DNA from: Microbotryum violaceum
Taxonomy: Eukaryota
Direction of reading: 5' to 3'
DNA length: 64,000 nucleotides
NCBI GenBank assembly: GCA_001244265.2
Contig: CDLV01000009.1
Span: 248,001-312,000, forward strand
Each line of letters starts with the position of its first letter. Position 1 is the first letter of the stretch. The notes under the pieces were generated by a model, which worked only from the letters and a program-made list of their open reading frames with translations, did not search any database and was not told the DNA's origin. The position numbers and the translations under genes were made by a program. Below, in pieces: positions 37,801-48,764 of this stretch.

Positions 37801-40782
37801 TAATTTTTTTTTTTTGACTGGGGCTCATAAATTGCTATCCTTCGGGTTGGCTGGGACCGCTACAAAAAGAGCTAAAGGAGGTTATAAAGCAACGACGGCA
37901 AGCAGTTGGGTGAAAGTCAACCCCCTGCGCGCAAAGAGCGCTGCGCAAATCAAAACCCGCCGAGCACCTAACGCGGACTCCAACGGGCGGTGAGTACTGC
38001 TGCCGCTTCACGTCCCAAGAGCGGGAGCAAAGATACTCGAAAACCAGGCAAGAGCGCCTAGAGAAAGAAGGGGGAGAGTATACAGAAAGTCACGACTGGG
38101 GATACGGAGAACCAGGAATACTAAGACAGAGAGGAGGGGAACACACCCGAGGGGCCAAGGTAGGGGTCGAAGCCGGAGGTAGAGGTCCCCAGGGACTAAC
38201 AGACCGCAGCCAAGCCCCAGCTACTCGTCACCCCGACAGCGCCTGATGTCCTCCCTTGGCTGAATCTCGAGTGCTGGCTGTTGAGCCGTCGGGGCCGAGC
38301 GAAAAGCGATCCAATACAACAAAACGAGCCTCGCCTTGACGCGAGGATATTGACCAGAAACGAGCGACCTTCCTTCCCGAGCCATGCCGTAGATCTTGAC
38401 CAACGCGAACGAACGAACCATTCAACGGAATCCAACACACGGCTTAGGAGTAAAAGGAGAAGTGGCTGAAGCGTAGTCAACAACCGAGCAACAGGAACGA
38501 GAAGAGGAAGGGAAGGGAAAAAAGGGGGAAAGGAGAGGGAAAAACTTCACAAAGCCTCCAACGCAAAGATAATCGACCTGGCTTGCCGATCCATCCAAGA
38601 ACTAAAAAACCGCTACTGCGCAAAGTAGAGAGAGAGAGGGAGAGGTGCGCAGCCTTCCACTGCGCAACAAGTTCCAAGACAGTCAGCTTCTAAAAGAGGA
38701 GTCGACCTCCGAAAAAGAAGGGAGGAAAGGAGGGGAGGAAAATGGGAAGGAAGGACTTAACTCGGTCATCACACCTCCCAATCTCGAGCCCCAGGCACAA
38801 AACCCGCTCGAGAGAGAAAATCTCGCTCGAACGCTCTGAGTGCACTGGGGAGCGAGGGAGGGGCCACGACCTTGTCCAGCTCGAACCGCTGATGAACGCG
38901 CCAGCGGAGCAGGTGCAGCCGCTGGAAGCCGATCGCGCAGGCCAGCCGAACCCACATCCATCTCGAGGTCGTTCTCCCACGACCCCACAAAAGGGGAGCC
39001 CCATAGTCAGCTGCTCCGGAGTGAACGTCGACGGATCGACGTCGGTATCCTCGATGCCCAGCTTGTCGAACAGAATGCGAAGCACCCCACCCCAGAAGCT
39101 GGTCGAGTACGCGCACTCGAAGAAGTAGTGCGACACCGTCTCGATGACCGCTGCATCGTTGCCGCAGAACAGACACGTCGGCGAAGAGGCATGACCCTGA
39201 GTATGCTGCCTCTTGCGCGTCGGCGTCACGTCGTACATGAGCCGCCAGTGGGTGTCCTGCTCCACAGCAGACGCAAACCGGTCATGAAGCCATCTCCAGA
39301 AGCGCTTCCTATCGCTCTGAGAAGTCCCATCACGGAAACGCTTGACACGATCCTCCCTCCCTGGGAACCGAACCACGTTCACAAGCCGACGAAGCTTGCG
39401 AATAGTGAACGGTCGGGTGAGCCCAAAGAAGTTGAAGCACCGAGGACGGGGAGCCTCCTTGAGAGGTATCCGAGCAGGTCGCAACGCGGTCTTGGGCAGC
39501 AAGGCTTTCGCCTTGAGCAACTGACCCACGCGCGACCACACGTGCTCGTGCTGTAGGGCGGGTTCCTTAGAGTGCTGCCAGAACCCGCGTCGATGACCAA
39601 CCAGAGCCCAGCCCTTCCCTTCGTCCCTCCAGTACAGGTCCGCGATCTGCGCAAACTTCGCCACTGCGTCCGCATCGTCATATGCGTGCTTGGCACCTTC
39701 AGCATAGAGTGAAGGGAGGCGAGGCGGAAGCGAGAGCAATTCGGGGAGCGTAAGGAGTTCGGACTTGATGGTTGGAACTGTGACCCTGGCCGCTGCAACG
39801 ACTGCCCCCCAGCGCGTCGAGTCGCGATACAGCTTCTCGACCCGAGCCGTGCTGCTGAAGAACCCCCACGGACTGAAATCGCGGGTCGCAGCGACGAGGG
39901 ACCTCCAGCTCTCGCGAGCTAGGGGCGCCCAGATCGCCTCGTTCGAGCCCGCCACAGCATCCCAAAATCGAAGCGCCACCGAATGAACGATGTCGCCGAT
40001 TGAAATCAAGCCCAAGCCACCGTCCTCCCGAGCCTGGAACACGAAATCGCGAGCGACGGTATTTCGCCCTGCTCCTCCCCAAACAAAATCCGTAAGTGCT
40101 GTCTCCGCCGCCTTAATGAACCATTGAGGCGGTATGTCGAAGGACAGCACGTGGAGGACCGTCGAGATGATGTGAGCGTTGGCATAGAAGACCTTCCCAC
40201 TCGGCGAAAGTGTCCGGTCTCCAGCGGCGCGGGTCTTGGCCTTGATCCTGTCAAGAACATGGGTCCAAAACAGTTTCGAGTCACCGTGGCGAAAGAAGGC
40301 ATAGCCGCACCACTTGAAGCTCTCCCCTCCTGCACCGTTGGCAGCGCCGCGCAGTCTCGTCCCGAAGCCAGTTCGGTCCGAGTGGTAGCACCAGCGTCTT
40401 GTCCGTGTTGGTCTTCCCGTTGGTTGCCTCGTACCACGTCTGCGACAGCGTTTCCAGCTTCGACAATGCCGCCGGTGACTCCACTACCACCACAGCATCG
40501 TCGGCAAACGCCAGATGCGTAAGCTGCGCACGCGGCCCCCCTGGCCACACCTTAGTAGAAGTCAATGTGACCGTGCACCAGTCCGCCCGCCATGGCTCCC
40601 AATGTGTGGTAGAACCACCGCCGGTGTGACTTGGGTGCACCGTCATATTGACTTCTACTGTCCCCTTCAATTGATTAAACAACTGAAGCCAACCAACTTA
40701 ATCAATTGTTCAACTCGTGACCGATCTTAGTTTGCCTTGCGGCAGTGACAGACGCTACCAAATTGGAAAACAAAGGAAAGTT

Positions 40783-40854
40783 TGGCTGAACTGAGAATTG
40801 AACTCAGGTCCACTCTATTAATCAGAGTTGCTCTGACCGCTGAGCTACTCAACC
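40783..40854 (-). tRNA. tRNA-like cassette/pseudo-tRNA, copy 1 (apparent anticodon TTA in a non-canonical loop)
   Basis: GGTTGAG TA GCTC AGCGGTCA GAGC A ACTCT GATTAAT AGAGT GGAC CTGAG TTCAATT CTCAG TTCAGCC A folds into a full cloverleaf with A and B boxes; TTTT follows downstream. Confidence 0.75.
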
Positions 40855-41087
40855 AGTAGGAATAGATGAATATGACGGTGCACCCAAGTCACACCGGCGG
40901 TGGTTCTACCACACATTGGGAGCCATGGCGGGCGGACTGGTGCACGGTCACATTGACTTCTACTGTCCCCTTCAATTGATTAAACAACTGAAGCCAACCA
41001 ACTTAATCAATTGTTCAACTCGTGACCGATCTTAGTTTGCCTTGCGGCAGTGACAGACGCTACCAAATTGGAAAACAAAGGAAAGTT

Positions 41088-41159
41088 TGGCTGAACTGAG
41101 AATTGAACTCAGGTCCACTCTATTAATCAGAGTTGCTCTGACCGCTGAGCTACTCAACC
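41088..41159 (-). tRNA. tRNA-like cassette/pseudo-tRNA, copy 2
   Basis: Identical to 40783-40854, offset by 305 bp. Confidence 0.75.
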
Positions 41160-42399
41160 AGTAGGAATAGATGAATATGACGGTGCACCCAAGTCACACC
41201 GGCGGTGGTTCTACCACACATTGGGAGCCATGGCGGGCGGACTGGTGCACGGTCACATTGACTTCTACTACCTTCTGCAGGTCGAGCGCGATCCCGCGCC
41301 GAACGAGGGCGTCGAGGAAGGGCTGGAACGTGATGTTCCAAACCGGGCACGAGAGGGGATCCCCCTGACCGAGACCACACAGCAACCGCACCAACTCCGT
41401 GGGGAACCCATTGATGAGGTAGCGCACCCCAGAGTCTCGGGATCGTACAGAGCGCGCAGCAGGGAAATGAAACGCTCACCAAAGCCAAAGGCCTCGAAGA
41501 CGTCGAAGATCCATGCGTGATCGACCCGATCGTACGCGCTCTGCTGATCCAAGGACAAGAGGGCGCCCTCGGGGAAAACTTCAGTGCCTAGCGACTTGAG
41601 TTTTTCGAGAAGGAGAGTGAGATGACTTCCCGCGTCTGCTGAACGTCTTGATGGCATGAACCCGTGTTGCGCCGGCGGCAAAAGCTCGCCGAGCACCCCA
41701 TTGAGTCGCGCCACCAAGACCTTGCTGAGGACCTTGTAGGTTGTCTCGCGCAGTGTGATCGGTCGATATGCCCCAGTGATTTCAGATTGGCCCCCGGTTT
41801 GTTCTTGGGCAAAAGCCGCACCAGCCCCTCTGCCAAGGACGCCGTCATTTTGCCGCCCTCCCAAATCGAGTTGAACAAGTCCAACAGCTTGGGAGCGAAG
41901 TAGGTCGGCAGCGCCTTGAAAAGCTCATACGGAATGCCCGAAGGCCCCGGTGATCGCCCTGAATCCGTCTTCTTCAACGCCGCTTCGACCTCGGAAAGGT
42001 TGAAGGGCTCGTCAAGCGCCACTCTGGCTTGAAGGGGCAGCCGACGACCGAACGTAGGGTCCGAGCGGTCGTCATCGTAGCATTTCGCCGCGCGAATAGG
42101 GTCGAGCAGGGACCGACGTGGGTTCGTCGGGTCGCCACGAGCTGGGTCCGGCGTGAAGAGCGACTGTGCGTGCCGTGAAGCAATACCCAGCGCCTCCTGC
42201 ATGTCAACGGTCTCGGTGCCATCCACATCCTCCAGCGAGACGATGCTCGTCTGGCGACTCCGGCGGTTGAGACGCGTGCGAATGCTTGCCGATTGACCTT
42301 CCCTCGAGTCGACTGACGGCACATGCGCACGAATGCGCAGCCACTGAGCCTCCTTTACCGCCAACTGATCCAACTGCGACTTGGCGAGAGCATAAGCAA

Positions 42400-43178
42400 T
42401 TTTTTTTTTTTGACTGGGGCTCATAAATTGCAATCCTTCGGGTTGGCTGGGACCGCTACAAAAAGAGCTAAAGGAGGTTATAAAGCAACGACAGCAAGCA
42501 GTTGGGTGAAAGTCAAACCCCTGCGCGCAAACAGCGCTGCGCAGATCAAAGCCCGCCGAGCACCTAACGCGGACTCCAACGGGCGGTGAGTACTGCTGCC
42601 GCTTCACGTCCCAAGAGCGGGAGCAAAGATACTCGAAAACCAGGCAAGAGCGCCTAGAGAAAGAAGGGGGAGAGTATACAGAAAGTCACGACTGGGGATA
42701 CGGAGAACCAGGAATACTAAGACAGAGAGGAGGGGAACACACCCGAGGGGCCAAGGTAGGGGGTCGAAGCCGGAGGTAGAGGTCCCCAGGGACTAACAGG
42801 CCGCAGCCAAGCCCCAGCTACTCGTCACCCCGACAGCGCCTGATGTCCTCCCTTGGCTGAATCTCGAGTGCTGGCTGTTGAGCCGTCGGGGCCGAGAGAA
42901 AAGCGATCCAGTACAACGAAACGAGCCTCGCCTTGACGCGAGGATTTGACCAGAAACGAGCGACCTTCCTTCCCGAGCCATGCCGTAGATCTTGACCAAC
43001 GCGAACGAACGAACCATTCAACGGAATCCAACACACGGCTTAGGAGTAAAAGGAGAAGTGGCTGAAGCGTAGTCAACAACCGAGCAACAGGAACGAGAAG
43101 AGGAAGGGAAGGGAAAAAAGGGGGAAAGGAGAGGGAAAAACTTCACAAAGCCTCCAACGCAAAGACAATCGACCTGGC
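42400..43178 (-). mobile_element. 5'-truncated family A copy (3'UTR only, with poly(A) tail)
   Basis: 42412-43178 is a near-identical direct repeat of 37816-38582, preceded by a T-tract. Confidence 0.95.
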
Positions 43179-43182
43179 GCAA

Positions 43183-43340
43183 TTTTTTTTTTTTTTTGTA
43201 TGAAACTCATCGCTAATTTGCAAGACGAGAAAACCCCCTACGGAACTAAAGGAGATGCTACCCAGCATGCACGATGATGACCACAACCGCCGCTTGATGC
43301 GTTGTAACTAGCAGAACAGACCAACCCGATACATCCGAGT
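43183..43340 (-). mobile_element. Family B 3'-terminal stub (about 143 nt plus poly(A))
   Basis: 43198-43340 is nearly identical to 43350-43492; each copy is preceded by a T-tract. Confidence 0.95.
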
Positions 43341-44725
43341 TTTTTTTTTGTATGAAACTCATCGCTAATTTGCAACACGAGAAAACCCCCTACGGAACTA
43401 AAGGAGATGCTACCCAGCATGCACGATGATGACCACAACCGCCGCTTGATGCGTTGTAACTAGCAGAACAGACCAACCCGATACATCCGAGTTCAAGTCC
43501 CCCCACCCACGGTTGCTCCCTCCCAGAGACGAATGAAAGGAAGGTTGAAGATTATACACAAGGAATCGGGAAAAGATGGATGAGTCGTTGGTGATGGTAC
43601 ATGTGTTGTACAGGCGAATCCGATTATAGTCGTACAGTTGAACCTTCTTCGATCTTTTGACTTCAGCCCCCCCTGAGACCGCCATACTCCTTGAAGCCCC
43701 TTAATTCTTTGAGACGCGTCGAACAAGGCCTCCGATGGCACAAACATCCCGCTCAATCCAAATGATTCACGTGGTCCAAAGGGGGAATGTAACCCCTGCG
43801 ACCGCAGCAATCACATACCCCTTGTACCCGTCTGCGCTGGATCTCCACCGCGGATTCCAAACCCCTTTTCGGTTACCAAAGTCGGCCCCCCTCGCGACCG
43901 CACGACCCCAGATCACCCCCATTCCAATGACTGCAACTGCGAAACAGGCCTACTTCGCACAAAAACACACAATCCAGAGATTTCCGGGGAAAGTCACGGA
44001 GCATGTGACAGTCCATTGGACACGCCTCGGTCGGGTGCAGCGCGGGCGGGTGGCCGTCAACACCGGCGCGCGGCTGGAGACAAGGGCGGGGTATACCTTC
44101 CGCAGGGGCCTCGCTTCCCTGCGGCGTACTCCCAATCTCGGAACGCACACTCGAGTCCCCTTGTACGTGCAGGTGGTTCCCAATCACCGCAGATACTGGG
44201 GAAAGAAGGAGCATGAGGCCCACGACGGTGATGTCATTGGGTGGGACCTCGCTCGAGTGTGGATGTGTATGGCGGTTCGGTACCCGAGTCACCCGCCGCG
44301 GGGCCGCGACTCCGAGCGAGCAGCAAAGCAAGGAGAGGCGAGCCACGCAGGCAGTTTGTGCCGGCCTTGAACAGGAGATCACGGGGTCGCTCGACCGAAA
44401 GAGAAGACAGACCCGGCCCTTGAGAGGAGTGGAAAACTCACGGTATAGTCCAGGAGAGGGCCAAGGGGATACGTTTTCGCTGTGTGTCATCGTGATGTGG
44501 CAGAAGCTCGAACCAAGGGCGACAATGCCCGCCGGCGCAAAGAACCCGAGGCTCCTGGGGAGTACGGAAGCCTATGAGGAGGAATGGTAAAAAGAGCGAG
44601 AGAAAACAGGTTCAGTATTCTGGCGTGTTTGGGAGACATTTTGGAGATTGAGAAGGAGGGAAAAGGGACTTGTGATTTTTTGGGGGTTTGGTTTTTGCTT
44701 GGATAGGGAGGGAGGGACATCTACT

Positions 44726-47700
44726 TCATCGCGCCAATCTGAGCTCCAACCTCTCCTTCAGTCCCGCCATCTCCTTGTCCATGCTCGACATCGCTCTGGC
44801 GTGGCGATGGAGATCCCAGCGTCGGTTGCTGAGAGTGTCGAGCGCCAGCGCAATGAAGGCGCGGATTGGACGCTTTTTCGACGTCGGAAGGCGAGCGCGC
44901 AGTCGAGGGAGGCCGTGCTCGATCTGAAGTGCCGTGTAGTCGAGGTCGAGGATCGACACGACCCCCAGCGCGTCGCAGATAATGGACCTAGCTGCTTGCC
45001 AAAATTGAGAAGAGTCAGGGCAATCATGCCAAAAGTGAGTAAAGTCATCCTCCACCCCTGCCAGGCTGCATGCCTGCACAAGGCAGCAGGCCGAGTCGCC
45101 ATGCCGCTGCACAAACTGGCGCTTCCGCGTTGGCGTGAAGTGGTACGCCAGCTTGAAGTGCACCTCGCGCTCGCGGGCCGTGGCGGGCCCGGTGTGGAAC
45201 CACCCCAGAAGAGTCGCCTTTCTTTGGGTGTGGCGAGTGATCCAGGGCGTTGTGTGTCGTCGAAACGTCGATGGTTGATGACGCGTCGAAGTCGCGCAAT
45301 GGTGTAGGGTCTGTCCAAGCTCAACATTCTCCACTGATTAGCAAGCAAGGGGGCGGAGGGGAGGGGAAGTCTTTGATCAGGCATGCCGACCGGAGTCGCT
45401 CTGGGCAAGATGTGCTCGAGGGGACCGCTGGGCCGGGCTCCAGGTGCTCCAACGACACGAATGACGGGTGGTCGACGTGCGAGGACGGGAACAGGAGGCG
45501 GAAGCGGCGGGATGAAGCGATCGCCTGCGACCTGGATCCACGCCTGGACTTGATCGCGCTTCCATTGCCAAAGGTTGGACAGCTCCGAGCCGTCGCCTTG
45601 GGGATGCTTCTCAGGGGTCCAGGGCACCGTTGGAGCTGCGGGATATTGAGCTCGAGCATAGATGTCAGCGATGGTGCGTTCGAAACTGAAAAGCTTCGCC
45701 AAACGCTTATCCTGCTCCGAGAACGCCCGCGAGTCATGCAGACCCGGTTGGAGGGGGGAAAGAGAAAGAAGATTGGAGACCGAAAGTTTGGCAGGATCGA
45801 CGACGGCAGGGTAGCGTTCAGCGACCGAGAGCACCGCTCGCCAGCGGGGATGTAGCTCCCGGGGTGCGTCGGCGTTCCTCCACGTCCACAGATCCGCAGC
45901 AAAGTCAAAGGTCGGAAGCGCTCGCCGGATGGAACTCCGAGCCAGATCGCCCCAAATCGCAGTTGACCCGCCGGCCAGCACATCCCAGATCCGTACCGAG
46001 ACTGAATCCACCACATCCTGGATGCTCACGACGCTGAGACCGCCTCGCGCCCGTGCCGTGAAGACGACCGATTGCTTGTAGTCGCTGCGCCGCGGGCCTC
46101 CCTTCACAAAGTCAGCAAGCTTGCGCTCGATCGACTTGATCACGTCGGATGGCGGGATGTCGGCGGAGAGAGAGTGCAGCACCTTGGAGATGCCGTAGCG
46201 GTTAAGATAGAAAGCCCGGGTATGGTGCGTCATCCATCGGTCGCGCACCGATAGAATCACTCGATCAACCCTTCGCTCAAGATCATGGAATCCCAGCCTG
46301 TTGTTGCCGTCAGGCGCAAACTGGAGACCGATCCAGGGAAGAGACTCGTCCGGTGCCACGAACGACAGTTTGGACAAGTCCGCGCGATCCCACAACGTCG
46401 CGCCCAATGGCATCACCACAGTTTTGTCGGTGTTTAGACGTCCGTTCGTCGCGAGTCGCCAATCCCGAGCTAACGCCTCGAGCGAAGCAATAGCTTCCGG
46501 CCCAGCAACAGCGACGACGGCGTCATCCGCGAACGCCAAATTGGTGATGCATCGAGTCTGCGGACGATGAGCCAGCTCCGGAAGAGTGATAGTCAGCGCA
46601 ATGTTGCGTCGACTGAGAGAATCAAGGAAGGGTTGGAATACCACATCCCAGACAGAAGAAGAGAGAGGATCGCCCTGGCCAAGACCGCACAGGAGTCGCA
46701 CCGTCTCGGTGAGGAAACCGTTGACAATGTACCGCGCTGTGGACGTCTCGCCGTTGTAGAGCATCCGCAAGACGCGCTGGAAAGGTTCCGGCGCGCCGAG
46801 AGCCTCAAACACCGCAAAGACCCAATCGTGCTCGACCATGTCGTAAGCCGAGCTCTGATCCAGGGAGAGGAGCGCTGCTGTCGGGAACTCTGCCCCACGA
46901 CCCCTAATCTCATCGATCAGGAGCCGCAGATGCAAAGCCGCGTCCGCTGGTCTTCGCCCCTTGACGAACCCATGCTGTCCGGCCGGAAGAACATCGGGAG
47001 GATCCGGTTCAGACGAGCCACGTAGACCTTGGTGAAGATCTTGTAGTCGCATTCCCGCAAGGTGATCGGACGATACGATTTGAGGTCGCACCGCGCTGCA
47101 CCAGGTTTGTTGTGTTTGAACAAGAGGCGCACATTGGCCTGGCTCTGTTGTGGAGTAAGGGAGCCTCGAGTAATCAGCTCGTTGTAGGCTCGAGTCAAGA
47201 GAGGGGCCCAAAGCAGGGGGCAGGCTCGATACATCTCATAGGGGACCCCTGAAGGACCCGGAGATCGACCTTCGTGCGTGGTTCGAATCGCTGCGAGCAC
47301 CTCGGCCTCGCTGATGGGCTCGGCCAGAATGTCGACGTGCGAATTCGAGAAGCGCCGAAGGAAGCGAGCGTCGGAAAGCGGGTCGTCACAAGGTCTTGCT
47401 GATCTGATGGGTCCCAAGAGCTCATCCCGCATCGTCACGACCTGTTCCGGATCCTTCGCTTCGACAAGGTAGTGCTGCTGGAAATGAGAATGGGTGTGCT
47501 CGAGCGTGCGCTCCATGTCAGTGGTGAGCTCGCCATCAGCGAGCCGGATACTCTGAAACTTCACATCCCGGGACCGAGCAGCCAGTTTGGCATGTACCGG
47601 ACGACTGAGACGTTCCTCGGATGCAATCTCGGGCACGTGCGCCCTGATCCGGGACTGCCTTGCTCGCTCGTTCACAAGTTTGGTGAGAGCGTCGTGGGTG

Positions 47701-48764
47701 TTCGTCCAGTCGATAATATCGAAGGGGCTCAGCACCCGACGAGACTCAATGTCCTGCAGTCGAGATACCAGCATCATTTCGAGGGCGTTGCGCTCCCGAA
47801 ACAGACGCCGAGACAGCTCGAGAGCTTGGACCCGAGACTCCGAGAGTACGCGCTGAAGGTCCGCGACCGGATCCCCAGACGGTGCCTGCTCAAGGAGACG
47901 AGTGACGAACTCCTTAAACTCGGCGTGTCTGAAGGTCGACGAGTTGATGCGGGTCAGAAAATGAGCCGCCTGGGGAAGGCAGAGCTCCTCTTCGACCTCG
48001 GCACCACTTGCGCGCAGCCTAAATGTGACCGTAACCGGTCGATGATCCGACATGGATCGAGAGATATTGTACAGAGTAGAAGCAGAAACGACCCGTCGCT
48101 CGTGTCGCCGCTGCACCAGAACAAAGTCGATGCGCGCGCGCGAAATGAGCTGGCCGTCCTTGCTGAGATGTGGGCGCGTGGTCGCCGGCGACAGTGGGTG
48201 CATGAGCCGAATGGCATCCGTGTACGCCCCGTCGAGCCGAGACATAAGCACAGGCCAGTGGTGGGTGTTCGGGCGGTCCACCTGTTGCGCTCGATCCACC
48301 GCGGGAATAGGGCAGTCGTTCAGATCGCCCGCGATGAACCGAATGTGAGAGGAGACGGTCGCCCGAAAGTGAAGGGAGGTGAAGAAGAGGAGGCGCTCGG
48401 CGGGTTGAACCGGAGCGTAGATATTGTTGAGTTCGACGACGTCCGTCGAACCCCGCACATCGAAGGTGGTCACGAGTAAGCGCCCGCCAAGAGACTGACG
48501 CGTGCGACGATGACCACCGAGAAGAGGAGAAGAGCTTGGAATCAAAGTGAGGCAGTGTTGAGAAAAGTAGGCCTCGCCCTGGTGGGACTGGGCGTACTCG
48601 TGGCGTATGTGAGATTGTCGTGCTTTAGGAACATTATGTTCCTGGAGAAGGATAGCAGAAGGGGGAGGTGTGAGCGAAGTGAGATACGAAAGAAGCAGAC
48701 GACGTCGTTCAGGGGTATTGAAGCCCCTGTTGACGTTCCAGGTCATGATGATGAACTCAATCAT
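44726..48764 (-). CDS. Family B ORF2: APE endonuclease + reverse transcriptase + Cys motif (frameshifted as assembled)
   Basis: MTWNVNRG, LLQE, NIYAP, AGDLND, RIDFVL, SDHRPV; SPGPSG, YRPITL, QHGFVKGR, GLGQGDPLS, AFADD; CLVQAC..DDFTHFWHDC. Confidence 0.93.

Larger units (their letters stand above)
40554..41269. mobile_element. Non-autonomous TIR (MITE-like) element with about 96 bp TIRs and an internal 305 bp tandem duplication
   Basis: Ends AGTAGAAGTCAATGTGACC...GGTCACATTGACTTCTACT; flanked by direct repeat ACCTT (40549-40553, 41270-41274), alternatively TAG..CTA ends with CCT TSD; removal restores the RT frame LDLQKVWPGG. Confidence 0.92.
37804..42399 (-). mobile_element. L1/Tx1-like non-LTR retrotransposon family A, 5'-truncated (no ORF1 or endonuclease) and interrupted by a TIR element
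   Basis: Poly(A) tail 37804-37815, about 950 bp 3'UTR, RT and Cys-rich C-terminal coding remnants. Confidence 0.92.
38769..42399 (-). pseudogene. Family A ORF2 remnant (RT + C-terminal zinc motif), frameshifted and interrupted
   Basis: SPGPSGIP, YRPITL, QHGFMPSR, LSLDQQSAYDRVDH, GLGQGDPLS, AFADD, GGLGL, CLFC..ETVSHYFFEC. Confidence 0.92.

Noticed and set aside
40554..41269. Repeat-spacer-repeat pattern suggesting a CRISPR array
   Set aside because: Repeats are about 96 bp, the first is inverted, the spacers are identical, there are no cas genes and the context is eukaryotic
41588..42607. 339-aa ORF as a single protein
   Set aside because: Chance read-through from a 3'UTR copy across the poly(A) junction into the truncated ORF2
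37816..43178. 767 bp direct repeats flanking an RT, suggesting an LTR retrotransposon
   Set aside because: No TG..CA ends, each copy has a poly(A) tail, and the RT motifs (QGDPLS, FADD) are non-LTR type
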